Of a stretch of 64,000 nt of DNA, positions 49,661-59,853 are shown piece by piece; within the stretch, counting starts at the first letter, position 1; every line of letters begins with the position of its first letter. The stretch lies in assembly GCA_965222615.1 (NCBI GenBank), contig CBDCUI010000009.1:604264-668263 (forward strand), given 5' to 3'. This DNA is from Gammaproteobacteria bacterium. Its GTDB lineage: Bacteria > Pseudomonadota > Gammaproteobacteria > UBA4575. The notes below the pieces were generated by a model. The model was given only the letters and a program-made list of their open reading frames with translations. It was not told where the DNA came from and searched no databases. The position numbers were made by a program, and so were the translations under genes.

Positions 49661-50443
49661 ATGTCCAACAAATTACAGAATACTAAAACTGATGTTCTAC
49701 AGTTTGTTCATATCACAGATACTCATCTGCTGAATCAAGCAAATGAAACTTTTCATGGTTTAAATACAAAAAAAAATTTAGAGGCGGTTTTAAACCATTG
49801 TCAAATACGCTATCCAAACATAGATTTTTTGCTGTTTACGGGTGATATTTCTCAAACAGGCGATGAGGCAAGTTATACAATCTTCAACTCAATAATACGC
49901 CAATATAAAATCCCCATTTACTGTATTCCAGGCAATCACGACATCCCAAAATTTTTACAGCATATTATTCCAAGTTGTCCAAAGGAGACAATTAGAACGA
50001 TTCAATTCGGTAAGTTTTCACTAATTTTATTAAACAGCTGGGTAGAAAACCAACACCACGGAATGATCTCTCAACATTGTCTGTTGGAATTAAAAAGTTT
50101 CCTGCAAAAAAATAGTGGACAATTTAATATTATAGCGATTCATCACCCGCCCATAATAATTAACAGTAAGTGGCTTGATGAAATTGGCTTACAGAATAAA
50201 GCGGATTTTTTACAAGTCATTCATAAATATGCGCCAAATTCATTACTGATATTTGGACATATTCATCAAGAAATCGACCAGCAGCAAGACTCACTGCGTT
50301 TCCTTTCTACACCATCTACCTGTCATCAATACAAAGCGAATTCTGAGTGCATGCAGTGTATTTTCACACCACCGCCTACATATCGATTTATAAAGCTAAA
50401 CCCAACACATCATATTGAAACAAATCTTCATTATATTGAATAA
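49661..50443 (+). CDS. cpdA: 3',5'-cyclic-nucleotide phosphodiesterase (CpdA/Icc), class III metallophosphoesterase
   Basis: Aligns along its length with E. coli CpdA: FVHITDTHL, GDISQTGD, GNHD, IAIHHPP, GHIHQE, STPSTC. Confidence 0.8.
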   Translation: MSNKLQNTKTDVLQFVHITDTHLLNQANETFHGLNTKKNLEAVLNHCQIRYPNIDFLLFTGDISQTGDEASYTIFNSIIRQYKIPIYCIPGNHDIPKFLQHIIPSCPKETIRTIQFGKFSLILLNSWVENQHHGMISQHCLLELKSFLQKNSGQFNIIAIHHPPIIINSKWLDEIGLQNKADFLQVIHKYAPNSLLIFGHIHQEIDQQQDSLRFLSTPSTCHQYKANSECMQCIFTPPPTYRFIKLNPTHHIETNLHYIE

Positions 50444-50801
50444 GATAACCGCATGATTTAAACCAGAATCCTAACCCGTCTTCTACTGCCCACCATTAAA
50501 AACTTCTTGTCATAGCAGTCATTGACAAGACCTAGCATATTTATGATCACAAGTAATAACGTAATTTCGATCTATAGCCAATACCTATAGGTTTAATAAA
50601 TACAAAGTATTCGGATTAATAAAACTTCTCCTTTAGACTTAACCATTAGCTCAATTGAACAATCGATTAAATAAGTATATAAGCGAATTCTTAAATTTAA
50701 CAGACAGCTCTTGATCTCAAAAAGTAAACAGATCTGCATTTAGATTCGCGCCAAGATTTGTTTTAGATAATTTTAAGAATCAGAAGGAAGGAGAATTAGC
50801 G

Positions 50802-50999
50802 ATGAGTACAGTCAAAGAGGCAACCAGCTTGCTAACTCAAATCCAAACTGGTGAGATACCTTGGTCAACTATATATGCCGTTAGTGCAGCCATTCTCACT
50901 GGTGTATTCATTATTGCAGCCGTAGGTTTTGCTGGACCAGAAGTTTTGCATAATGCTGCTCATGACATTCGTCATGGATTAGCTTTTCCTTGTCACTAA
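50802..50999 (+). CDS. cbtB: Cobalt transporter subunit CbtB
   Basis: 65 aa, one TM helix, C-terminal HNAAHDIRHGLAFPCH. Confidence 0.75.
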   Translation: MSTVKEATSLLTQIQTGEIPWSTIYAVSAAILTGVFIIAAVGFAGPEVLHNAAHDIRHGLAFPCH

Positions 51000-51020
51000 A
51001 CTTTTACAACCTCAATAACA

Positions 51021-51728
51021 ATGAAAACCTTTAATAGGATTTTTTTGTCGGCGCTATTTTCTGGTGTACTAGCCGGTCTAGTACTCGCAGGAATCCAACA
51101 CTTTACCGTCATCCCAATGATTCTAGAAGCCGAAACCTATGAGACAACCGATACAAATGAAAATACAACTGCAATGAATCAAGAGGAAGAAGCCTGGGCA
51201 CCTGAAGATGGTGCTGAAAGAACTTTTTATACGGCTACGAATAGTATGATTGTTGGTATCGGGTTTGGTCTACTATTAGCAGCATGCTATGCATTTCGAG
51301 GCAGTGTTACTTGGGGCAAGGGCCTGTTATGGGGGCTTGCTGGTTTTGCCACATTTCACCTCGCGCCTTCTTTTGGTTTACCTCCAGAACTTCCTGGAGA
51401 TGCTGCCGCTGGTTTGGAACAAAGACAAATTTGGTGGTTATTAACCGTAATTGTTACAGCAATGGGGCTTTGGATCATTGCTTTTCAACCAAAACATTAT
51501 CTTAAATTATTCGGTGTAGCATTAATCATATTGCCGCATATATTTGGTGCACCACAACCTGAAGTGCATGGAGGCTTAGCTCCGGAAGAGCTTAGAAATA
51601 CTTTTATGTATACCTCTCTTGCTACAAACGCAATTTTCTGGATTGTGTTAGGAATGCTTAGCGCCTATTTTTACAATAGATTTGATAAACCTATAGAAAA
51701 TACAGCAGTGAACGCTGCATTGAGTTAA
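51021..51728 (+). CDS. cbtA: Cobalt transporter subunit CbtA
   Basis: 235-aa, five-TM protein with a His/Asp/Glu-rich periplasmic loop, directly after cbtB. Confidence 0.7.
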   Translation: MKTFNRIFLSALFSGVLAGLVLAGIQHFTVIPMILEAETYETTDTNENTTAMNQEEEAWAPEDGAERTFYTATNSMIVGIGFGLLLAACYAFRGSVTWGKGLLWGLAGFATFHLAPSFGLPPELPGDAAAGLEQRQIWWLLTVIVTAMGLWIIAFQPKHYLKLFGVALIILPHIFGAPQPEVHGGLAPEELRNTFMYTSLATNAIFWIVLGMLSAYFYNRFDKPIENTAVNAALS

Positions 51729-52074
51729 CTGAAAAAGAGTAATAAGAACAGATTTGAGTAGCTAGGTCTTTTATCTATTCAAGAATAAGAATATTCATTA
51801 GAGAACTAAATCTAGCTTTTTAAAATATTTGAAGAAAAATTATTTTCCCAATACTCAGAGCGTACTTGGTCTAAGTACGCATACGCACGCTAATTAAACA
51901 AAGGAGTTTAGTGTGGTAACAACTAGACTTCTTCATTAGCGAGAATAACTATAGATAATAACTATGGGAACATATTGAATAATAGGTAAAAACTAATAAA
52001 AAATACGCGCAAAAACTTAACAAATGTTTCTGCGGTGAGTATCACGACCACTTAAATGGTATGAGGAACTATAC

Positions 52075-54408
52075 ATGCCTTTGGAAAATAACAATAAATT
52101 AAAATTTAATTTTTTAAAATTCGTCATCGCTATATTTTTTAAACGAAAAAAAATATTAGTAGTTCATAATACTTACATTAAAAACGTATCTTTTTTTTCT
52201 GTAGTCATAATTTTTTCATTTGTAAGTTTAAGCACAGTCGCAATTGCAGAAGAAAGTGTCCAACTAGAAGATATGATAGTTGAAGACACTAAAATCCTAG
52301 AGTTCGACCAGCCAGGTGAGTTGCATCTTGTAACTCCAAGTGAAACAGGGACAAGGTTAGGCTTAACTCCATTAGAAACACCAGCTTCTGTTGAAATAAT
52401 TGATCAAACAAACATAGAACGAATAGGTGCGCAGAGTATCGGGGATGCATTAATTACGCTTCCAGGAGTGACGGTGGGTGAATCTCCCGCAGCACCTTCA
52501 AGCTTTTCTATGCGTGGATTTACTAGAAGCCAAATTACTTTATTACGAGATGGAATATGGTTAGGGCCCGCAAATATGGTAAGTAGGCCACAGAACGCAT
52601 GTAATTTGGATCGTCTTGAATTAATCCGAGGTCCAGCATCTGGTTTACACGGACAAGGATCAGTTGCAGGTGCTATAAATTCGGTAACGAAAAAGGCACG
52701 TGAAACAGATAATTATAATCATGGTGCGCAATTGTTCTATGGTCGGTGGGACACTTACCAAGTGTGTGGTGGTAGTGCAGGACCAGTTGCGGATTCTCTT
52801 TGGTATCAATTTGATATTAGTCAAAATGGGGCTGATGGCTTTGTTGATGATATGGATCCTGAATCGACAAATATTAATGGCAGTTTATTGTGGAAACCTA
52901 AAAATAATCTTTCTGTCAGATTTAGTGCGGACTACTTAGATGATGAATTAGCAAACTACTGGGGTACACCTCTAGTGCCTGCAAGTGTCGGCACAGATCG
53001 AATAAGTGGTGTCATCGAAACGGCTGCGGGTGAAGTATTAGATGAGCGCACTCGTGATGAAAATTACAATGTGTCTGATTATGAAGCTGAGTCCGATCAA
53101 ATATTGATGCGCACAGATTTGGAATGGATGCCACTAAGCAATGTTCGTGTAAGAAACACGCTGTACTACTTTGATGCGGATCGCGATTGGTTTAACGCAG
53201 AAGGATTTATTTATAATGATTTGACTGACTTGATTGACCGAACGAATGGATTTTTCTTTGTTCAACATGAACAAGAAATGTGGGGTGGCAAGCTAGATAT
53301 CACCACTGATCACCAATTATTTGGCAAAGATAATCAATTTGTATTTGGTGTTGATTATCAGGATCTTGATTTTGAACGCACACGTGGGTTTCGTTTCTCT
53401 GCAGTACCAGGTGACTCTGTCGATCTATTTGATCCGGTTCAAGGTGTCTATGGACCGGTGGAACCAAGAGGGGTTAGTCCTACAGATATAAATACCTGGG
53501 GAGTGTTTTTTGAAGATGCATTGCAAGTAACTGATAGATTCAGTTTAGTCACCGGGCTACGTTATGAGCAACTACATTTACGACGGCAAAATTTTGATTT
53601 ACGCCCGGGGAATGTCGGAAATGATGAGGGAAGTGGATTTACACGCAACTTTGATTCTGTGGGTTGGCGTGTTGGTGGTGTGTTTTCTTTAACACCTAAT
53701 ATAAATGTTTATGCACAATACAGTAATGCACAAGACCCAGTGAATTCTAATATTTTTCTTGTGAATGATGGTGAAGATTTTGATCTCACTGATGCTGAGC
53801 AGTGGGAAGTCGGATTAAAAGCGAGGAATATTGATAATTCATTAAATTTTACAATCGCATACTTTGACATTGAGCGAGATGATGTCTCTGAACTCATTGG
53901 TGTTGATAGTGCAGTGAATGTGGGTGGCAGAAAATCCAAAGGATTTGAAGCAGCAATTAATTATGCACCAACTTCCTATCTAGATGTGGCTGCGAATATC
54001 GCCTATGTTGATGCGGAATTCGAAGACTCTGTGAACTTTGTAACATTTGCTGGTAATACACCACCCAACGTACCGGATTGGACAGCAAATGCCTGGGTCA
54101 ATGTCCGGCCCTTTCAAACGTTTCCAATAGAATTTGGTGCATGGTATCGCTATGTGGATGATCGCTATGGTACAAATGATAATACTGCAATTTTGAAAGA
54201 TTATTCATTACTAGATCTGTCTGCAACCTACAGGTTTCGAGATAATTTAGATATCACAGCTCGTGTGCGAAATGCCATGGATGAAGATTATGTTGCTTGG
54301 GCTGATGTATTTTATTTTCAACAGACTGATCCTGGTTTTCCATTTGCCAATCAAGTCTTGTTGGGCGAACCAAGAAGTTATGAGTTAAATCTTGTGTTAC
54401 GGTATTAG
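52075..54408 (+). CDS. TonB-dependent outer-membrane receptor
   Basis: Plug domain (ETPASVEIIDQTNIERIGAQSIGDALITLPGV), about 22-strand barrel length, C-terminal LNLVLRY. The start is probably downstream of the listed Met, since the signal peptide begins at about residue 40. Confidence 0.85.
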   Translation: MPLENNNKLKFNFLKFVIAIFFKRKKILVVHNTYIKNVSFFSVVIIFSFVSLSTVAIAEESVQLEDMIVEDTKILEFDQPGELHLVTPSETGTRLGLTPLETPASVEIIDQTNIERIGAQSIGDALITLPGVTVGESPAAPSSFSMRGFTRSQITLLRDGIWLGPANMVSRPQNACNLDRLELIRGPASGLHGQGSVAGAINSVTKKARETDNYNHGAQLFYGRWDTYQVCGGSAGPVADSLWYQFDISQNGADGFVDDMDPESTNINGSLLWKPKNNLSVRFSADYLDDELANYWGTPLVPASVGTDRISGVIETAAGEVLDERTRDENYNVSDYEAESDQILMRTDLEWMPLSNVRVRNTLYYFDADRDWFNAEGFIYNDLTDLIDRTNGFFFVQHEQEMWGGKLDITTDHQLFGKDNQFVFGVDYQDLDFERTRGFRFSAVPGDSVDLFDPVQGVYGPVEPRGVSPTDINTWGVFFEDALQVTDRFSLVTGLRYEQLHLRRQNFDLRPGNVGNDEGSGFTRNFDSVGWRVGGVFSLTPNINVYAQYSNAQDPVNSNIFLVNDGEDFDLTDAEQWEVGLKARNIDNSLNFTIAYFDIERDDVSELIGVDSAVNVGGRKSKGFEAAINYAPTSYLDVAANIAYVDAEFEDSVNFVTFAGNTPPNVPDWTANAWVNVRPFQTFPIEFGAWYRYVDDRYGTNDNTAILKDYSLLDLSATYRFRDNLDITARVRNAMDEDYVAWADVFYFQQTDPGFPFANQVLLGEPRSYELNLVLRY

Positions 54409-54416
54409 TATGCAAA

Positions 54417-55856
54417 ATGCAGTATTTTATACTCATTCATCGCTGGATCGGGGTAGGATTATGTTTATTTTTTTCTGCTTGGTTTTTGAGTGGTATGGTT
54501 ATGATATTTCAACCATACCCCTCGCTAAGTGAAGCCGAAAGACTTAAACGCAGTGAAGTAACCCAGTATTCGAAAGACTTATTATCGATATCTGAACTAA
54601 AGTCTTTTCAACAAGAAAGCCCATCTAAGGTTACGCTGATCAGTAAGCTCGATGAGCCTTATTTTTGGTGGAAAAGCGAAGCAAATTCGCGAATTACTGT
54701 GGTTAATGCGATCACAGGTGATACGCCCAATTTTAAACCAGATCAAATACATAAGATAGCAAATAACTTTTATCCAGACAAAACCGTTGAAACAATTAAT
54801 GTTGGAATTGAATATGATCAATGGATTGTTAGCAACCGTTTTGATCCTTACCGGCCTTTTTATCGAGTTGAGTTTGATGATGTAGCGCGTACAAACATTT
54901 ATATCTCAAGCCGCAATGGTCAAATTTTGCAAGAAACTAATCGATCGCAGCGCATATGGAATTATTTTGGAGCCGTTGTTCATTGGATTTATCCTACTGT
55001 CATACGTAAAAACTGGATCCTGTGGGATCAACTTGTATGGTGGTTAGCTTTAGCAGGTATTGTCAGTGCAATTACAGGGTTAACGTTGGGATTGATTAAA
55101 TCTATTCGTGCACAAAGTGGATGGTCAGATTATAGCGGTTGGCTATATTGGCACCATTTAGGCGGGCTTATTGTTGGATTGTTAGTTTTAAGCTGGATAT
55201 TTAGTGGTTGGTTATCCATGGATCATGGACGCATATTTTCAAAACCGAATCCAACAACTGAACAAATACAGGCATTCCACGGTGTACCGCTGAGTGGAGT
55301 GGTAAATAGTTTGCCGGAATTTGAACCAGCTTATTCTTCCAATATTAATGAAATTGAATTGCGAGTCATTGCAGGAGAACCTTATTTATTGAGCAAGTCT
55401 TACACTGAAGGTAACCAAACCTGGTTGTTAAATTCAGAAGGTCATTGGCAGCAGCAAGACCAAGGATTGCCATATCAATTATTACGCAAAGCTGTTATGT
55501 CTACATGGCCTGATTTAGAAATAGCTGGATTCTTTAAAATCGAAAATGATGATGTCTATGCTCATCTACGCGAAAGTCAAATGTCATCAAATGTTCTACG
55601 AGTCGTATTAAGTGATCCTGAAAAAACCTGGGTCCATGTTGACAGTATTTCGGGCGAAATAATCTCAATAATGGATTCTGGACGTAGAACTTATAGATGG
55701 TTATTCAATGGACTGCACAGTCTTGATTTCCCTAGTTTAATTTCGCGGCCTGCGTTGTGGTACTGCGTAATATTGAGTTTACTCGGGCTGGGCACATTAT
55801 TCAGTTTTACTGGTGCAATAGTTGGTATCCGCCGCCTATTAAAAGGCAGATTCTAG
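54417..55856 (+). CDS. PepSY-associated TM helix (PiuB-like) membrane protein
   Basis: N-terminal IHRWIGVGLCLFFSAWFLSGM motif. The typical partner of TonB-dependent receptors. Confidence 0.7.
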   Translation: MQYFILIHRWIGVGLCLFFSAWFLSGMVMIFQPYPSLSEAERLKRSEVTQYSKDLLSISELKSFQQESPSKVTLISKLDEPYFWWKSEANSRITVVNAITGDTPNFKPDQIHKIANNFYPDKTVETINVGIEYDQWIVSNRFDPYRPFYRVEFDDVARTNIYISSRNGQILQETNRSQRIWNYFGAVVHWIYPTVIRKNWILWDQLVWWLALAGIVSAITGLTLGLIKSIRAQSGWSDYSGWLYWHHLGGLIVGLLVLSWIFSGWLSMDHGRIFSKPNPTTEQIQAFHGVPLSGVVNSLPEFEPAYSSNINEIELRVIAGEPYLLSKSYTEGNQTWLLNSEGHWQQQDQGLPYQLLRKAVMSTWPDLEIAGFFKIENDDVYAHLRESQMSSNVLRVVLSDPEKTWVHVDSISGEIISIMDSGRRTYRWLFNGLHSLDFPSLISRPALWYCVILSLLGLGTLFSFTGAIVGIRRLLKGRF

Positions 55857-55914
55857 ATCCAAGTGCACCACTAACTTAAGTGGCAGGACATGAATTCTTA
55901 TCCAAGTAAAATGA

Positions 55915-56980
55915 GGTTTTCGAGATCTTATTTTAGCAGGAGGGATTCATGTCCTACGTACATGTTAGCGCAAAAGAACGTCATACATTAATGTATTTGT
56001 TGCATCTTCGTTTCAGTTATCGAGAGATTGGACGTCGATTAGGCCGTCATCACAGCACCATCTCAAGAGAAGTCAAACGTAATGGTCGCAGGTCTGGTTG
56101 GAGTTATTGGGATGAATACGCGCAGTGCCAAGCGCAACAGCGTAAACGTCAGCCTCGTCATCGGAGAAGACGAGATCATCAAACACTCTATAACAAGGTC
56201 ATCGCGTACTTACGCCAAGGCTGGTCCCCGGATGCCATCAGTGGCTGGTTGCGCAGACATTACAAGAAGCGTTCTCGCGTACAGGTCTGCACAGAAACGA
56301 TTTATCAGTGGATCTATTGTGATGCCCAAACAGGCGGCACGTTATATCACTATTTAGCCTCGCAGCATAAGAAGCGCAAACGACAGCCTTTGAATAGGCT
56401 CAAAACGATCGGCATTTCACATCGAGTAGGGATTGAACATCGTCCTGATCATATTGAAAAAAGACAACGACTAGGCCATTGGGAAGGCGATACGGTGGAA
56501 GGGGCCAAAGGCTGTGGCGGTGTGGTGACCTTAGTCGAACGTAAAAGCCGGTTTCTTCTTGCAGGTTTGCTTAAAGACAAACAAGCCCTCACCTTTAGTC
56601 AAGTTTCACAACAAGCACTTAAAAACATTCCAAGTACACTATGCAAAACATTGACCTTGGACAATGGGAAAGAAAATGTCCTGCATCAACAAATCAGCCA
56701 ATCAAAAAAGATGAAGATCTATTTCACCGATCCGTATTCACCTTGGCAACGCGGTACCAATGAACAAACCAATGGTTTATTGAGAAGAACCTTTCCTAAA
56801 GGAACTGATTTTCGTAAAGTATCTAAACAACAACTTAAAAAAGCCGTTAAACGCATTAATCAACGACCTCGTAAAATACTCAACTACTTAACACCTGAGG
56901 AAGTTTTTATGAATGCCGTGAATGGTGCACTTTGAATTGGAACTCGCCAAATAACTATTTGACTAGATAGCAAAATAAAA
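55915..56980 (+). mobile_element. IS30-family insertion sequence (approximate ends)
   Basis: Single transposase ORF. Weak terminal inverted-repeat candidates GATCTTATTTTAGCAGG and GCAAAATAAAACT. Confidence 0.5.
55949..56935 (+). CDS. IS30-family transposase
   Basis: N-terminal HTH (SYREIGRRLGRHHSTISREVKRN) and DDE region (HWEGDTV ... D ... E). Confidence 0.85.
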   Translation: MSYVHVSAKERHTLMYLLHLRFSYREIGRRLGRHHSTISREVKRNGRRSGWSYWDEYAQCQAQQRKRQPRHRRRRDHQTLYNKVIAYLRQGWSPDAISGWLRRHYKKRSRVQVCTETIYQWIYCDAQTGGTLYHYLASQHKKRKRQPLNRLKTIGISHRVGIEHRPDHIEKRQRLGHWEGDTVEGAKGCGGVVTLVERKSRFLLAGLLKDKQALTFSQVSQQALKNIPSTLCKTLTLDNGKENVLHQQISQSKKMKIYFTDPYSPWQRGTNEQTNGLLRRTFPKGTDFRKVSKQQLKKAVKRINQRPRKILNYLTPEEVFMNAVNGAL

Positions 56981-57021
56981 CTTAACAATGAGAAAAAGAA
57001 CCGTATGAAAAGATCAGTAAA

Positions 57022-57465
57022 TTATATAAATGTCTGCAAACACTTAGCTACCCCCTTGAATTTGCCATTTTCAAACTGATGCCACTTACAACGAATATGA
57101 TTATATTTCCAGCGCGATACATACTTTATATCATCACCCCAACCAGGTTCTTTCCAATATTTCCCATCTATAAAACCAAATTTATTATCACCCGTTCCAT
57201 CAATATATTGGCATTCCCAGTTTTTTTTGTTGAGTATTGTACAATCCTCATACTCATCTACCAAACTAGCTACTTCACTGATAACTTTGTTCTTACCTAC
57301 TCTGAAAGTTACTCGCATCACTGGACGCCATTCGCTTACATCGTTTTGTTCAGGCACAGGTTTTACAACAACATATGCATATATAATCTGGCCATCATCA
57401 CAGCTAGTAATACCAGCAAATGTTAATAAGGTTATTAAAAAGATGCGTATGTTCATTTCTACCAA
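57022..57465 (-). CDS. Hypothetical lipoprotein
   Basis: Lipobox LTFAGITSC. No other motifs. AT-rich. Confidence 0.4.
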   Translation of the reverse strand: MVEMNIRIFLITLLTFAGITSCDDGQIIYAYVVVKPVPEQNDVSEWRPVMRVTFRVGKNKVISEVASLVDEYEDCTILNKKNWECQYIDGTGDNKFGFIDGKYWKEPGWGDDIKYVSRWKYNHIRCKWHQFENGKFKGVAKCLQTFI

Positions 57466-57522
57466 CTATTAGTAAATATGTAGTTTTTTATTTTATCACT
57501 AAATCATTAGCTCGCAGGATGG

Positions 57523-57936
57523 TTGAAAATGTCTTCAAATAACAACTCTGATTTTATTCTTTTATCCACGCTAATTAATAAACTAAAAGATAATAACTAT
57601 TATCGTACATTTGCTAAATCATTACTACGAGCAAACATCGAAGAACATAATTTACCATCTGATAATGAGCTTGTCGCAGAGATGTTTCGTTATTTTATCA
57701 AGGAAAATGAGCTATATATGTTTCACAATAGTTCAAAAGTATCTGCAGATTATATTGAGTCCGAAGCAAACCGAAGAATTTTAGAGAAAACTAAAGAAAA
57801 AAAAGATATAGAACTTATGAAGGAATTAGAACAAAAATTAATTTGGGAGAAAGAAATTTACATAAACATAAAAGATTTAAAGAAATTATATGCGAATAAA
57901 TGTATCGTGTTTCCGAAGTCATTGTTAAATGGCTAA
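57523..57936 (+). CDS. Hypothetical protein
   Basis: ORF in AT-rich accessory DNA. Lys/Glu-rich. Confidence 0.3.
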   Translation: MKMSSNNNSDFILLSTLINKLKDNNYYRTFAKSLLRANIEEHNLPSDNELVAEMFRYFIKENELYMFHNSSKVSADYIESEANRRILEKTKEKKDIELMKELEQKLIWEKEIYINIKDLKKLYANKCIVFPKSLLNG

Positions 57937-58325
57937 CCTTTAGCTTCAAAATCATCTTCTCTAAGTTTTGCTGTCCCATCTTCTTGCAATATCCAGAGCT
58001 CTTTATAAATAACACCACTGGCCTTATTCATTTTCCAATTTGAAGTTAATATCGCACTTTTGTCATCAACTACTTCAATTTTTGGACCCACATATTCAAC
58101 ATCTGAAAATCCCTGGTCTATGAGATTTTGCCAAAATCCTTGAATCTCCACTGTTCCTGTAAACGTACCAAATGGCCTAGCGTTCATTACTGCATCTTCT
58201 TCATATTGGGATACACAACCCACCGCATCACCTGAATTAAAGGACTTTTTCCATAATTCGCTTGCTGTGTTAATTGCATTCAAAACCATAGCTTTTTGCT
58301 CATCAGTAACCATATGCTTTCTCAC
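57933..58325 (-). CDS. NTF2-like/SnoaL-like small protein
   Basis: 130 aa, alpha+beta cone pattern. Assigned by fold-level resemblance only. Confidence 0.4.
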   Translation of the reverse strand: MRKHMVTDEQKAMVLNAINTASELWKKSFNSGDAVGCVSQYEEDAVMNARPFGTFTGTVEIQGFWQNLIDQGFSDVEYVGPKIEVVDDKSAILTSNWKMNKASGVIYKELWILQEDGTAKLREDDFEAKG

Positions 58326-58340
58326 TTCATAAGTTAAATT

Positions 58341-58409
58341 GCCCGCAAATTAATTACCGCGAAGCGATTCCTTAGGGTTCGGCTCCACTTTTCACGTTCA
58401 ATTACTCAA
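58341..58409. repeat. Composite short repeat (R1 58341-58371 plus R2 58372-58409)
   Basis: R1 GCCCGCAAATTAATTACCGCGAAGCGATTCC recurs at 59932-59962. R2 TTAGGGTTCGGCTCCACTTTTCACGTTCAATTACTCAA recurs at 59432-59470. Each copy has only a few mismatches. Confidence 0.65.
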
Positions 58410-59238
58410 ATAATTTAAACCGTACCCAAGTTAGATCAACTTTATCAAAATCTAAGTTAGGAACTACACTCAAATTTAAATCAGTAAATAATTCATGTTT
58501 TGTTATTTTATTAATGCTTTGGTCAAATGATAACAACTTGTTAATCGAAACTGCTAATTGTGTGTGGTGTGCTACTAAAGCAACCATATTACGCGTCAAA
58601 ACAGGTTGATTATCTATATCTATTCTTAAAGTTCCACCTTTATGTTTAATTAGCCGCAGATGCAATAGTTGATGAAATTCTTGACAGTTATCAGATATAT
58701 TTTTAACAATATTTTTCCACTCATTACTACTTAAATATGGATCTTCAAACTTCTCAAAATTAACTTTTGCAGTAATAAAAAAATTTTCTATTTCATCAAC
58801 TAATTTTTTAGAAATATCATATGACCCATTTTTTGAATCTGGAAAAAGTTTAGAATGAAGTTCACGTACATTATCAAAATGCAAATGACTATTTTCAATA
58901 TTTATCATAGAACTAACATAGTCTTCAAATTCTTCAACATGCCTATAATAATTAGAAAATATATTTTGACTTTTTGATTCATGAATCTGTGCTTTTGTTT
59001 GCTCTGACCGATGATTTGATGCTAGTAGTGCAATTGTTGGAATTAATAATGCTAAAATACCAAGAGGTAATTTGTAATATGAAAATAGATTATTGAAACA
59101 TTCAACTTCGGGACAAAATCTAAATTCATTCAAAAGTAATATTGCAATCGCAGATATCAGTGCAAATAATAGTATTATCCATACAACATATTTGAAAACT
59201 GCAAGTTCAAATAAACTTTTATTCGGATCGAACATCAT
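58402..59238 (-). CDS. Hypothetical membrane-anchored protein
   Basis: Two N-terminal TM helices, then an Asn/Lys-rich soluble domain. AT-rich. Confidence 0.35.
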   Translation of the reverse strand: MMFDPNKSLFELAVFKYVVWIILLFALISAIAILLLNEFRFCPEVECFNNLFSYYKLPLGILALLIPTIALLASNHRSEQTKAQIHESKSQNIFSNYYRHVEEFEDYVSSMINIENSHLHFDNVRELHSKLFPDSKNGSYDISKKLVDEIENFFITAKVNFEKFEDPYLSSNEWKNIVKNISDNCQEFHQLLHLRLIKHKGGTLRIDIDNQPVLTRNMVALVAHHTQLAVSINKLLSFDQSINKITKHELFTDLNLSVVPNLDFDKVDLTWVRFKLFE

Positions 59239-59316
59239 ATGTTTATTATTATTAAACTTTGCTAGTCATATTAGCCAGATTTTCTGTTCCCCAATAGCAA
59301 TAGAATCATAGGCCTA

Positions 59317-59665
59317 TGGTGGAAAGAGGGATTACAAAATACTTCCTTGTATTTTGCCCTTCGGGCCGGTGTCGCTACGCTCCCCCGTTCAAATTTGTTC
59401 CAGACAAATTTGTCGACCCTCTCCTCGGGTTCGACTCCACTTTTCACCTTCAATTATCAAAGACGGGATAAATACCGTCTTTGATAATTGTGGCGGAGAG
59501 AGAGGGATTACAAAATACTTCCTGTATTTTGCCCTTCGGGCCATCGCCTACGGCGATGTTCAAAATCGTTCCTGACGATTTTGTCGAACCTTATTATTTA
59601 TTCCGAGGGTTCGAACACAATCATCAATAATTATTTGGGGGAGCGTAGCTCCCCCAAATAATTAT
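59317..59665. repeat. Two tandem ~180-bp structured units, each beginning with a copy of the tRNA-Ser 3' end
   Basis: TGGTGGAAAGAGGGATT (59317) and TGGCGGAGAGAGAGGGATT (59501) copy the tRNA 3' end found at 59666. Each is followed by the hairpin ACAAAATAC-TTCC(T)T-GTATTTTG and a second hairpin with compensatory changes (CAAATTTG/CAAATTTG versus AAAATCGT/ACGATTTT). Confidence 0.6.
59633..59659 (-). terminator. Hairpin terminator downstream of tRNA-Ser (ATTTGGGGGA-GCGTAGC-TCCCCCAAAT)
   Basis: Perfect 10-bp stem followed, on the minus strand, by an A/T-rich tract. Confidence 0.5.
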
Positions 59666-59757
59666 TGGCGGAGAGAGAGGGATTCGAACCCTCGGTGCCC
59701 CGTTGAGGACACACTCACTTTCCAGGCGAGCCCGTTCGACCACTCCGGCATCTCTCC
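59666..59757 (-). tRNA. tRNA-Ser (anticodon GGA)
   Basis: Minus strand: GGAGAGATGCCGGAGTGGTCGAACGG ... CCTGGAAAG ... long variable arm ... GAGGGTTCGAATCCCTCTCTCTCCGCCA. The sequence folds as a cloverleaf with a class II variable arm and an encoded CCA. Confidence 0.85.
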
Positions 59758-59853
59758 AAATAAAAACATTTACTACGAGCACTTATAATAGATTAAGTGC
59801 TTAAAATTGTAGTACTCAGCACCTTTTAAGTTTACCTAACTTTAATCTGTTTG

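Noticed and set aside
50444-50801. Cobalamin riboswitch upstream of cbtB-cbtA.
   Set aside because: I read the region for a B12-box-like core and the conserved GCCACTG-type elements and found none. It cannot be excluded without a covariance model.
59603-59616. CCGAGGGTTCGAAC (a T-arm-like sequence in plus orientation) as a second, plus-strand tRNA gene.
   Set aside because: No acceptor stem, D-arm or anticodon arm can be built around it. It is better explained as part of the repeated unit or an att scar.
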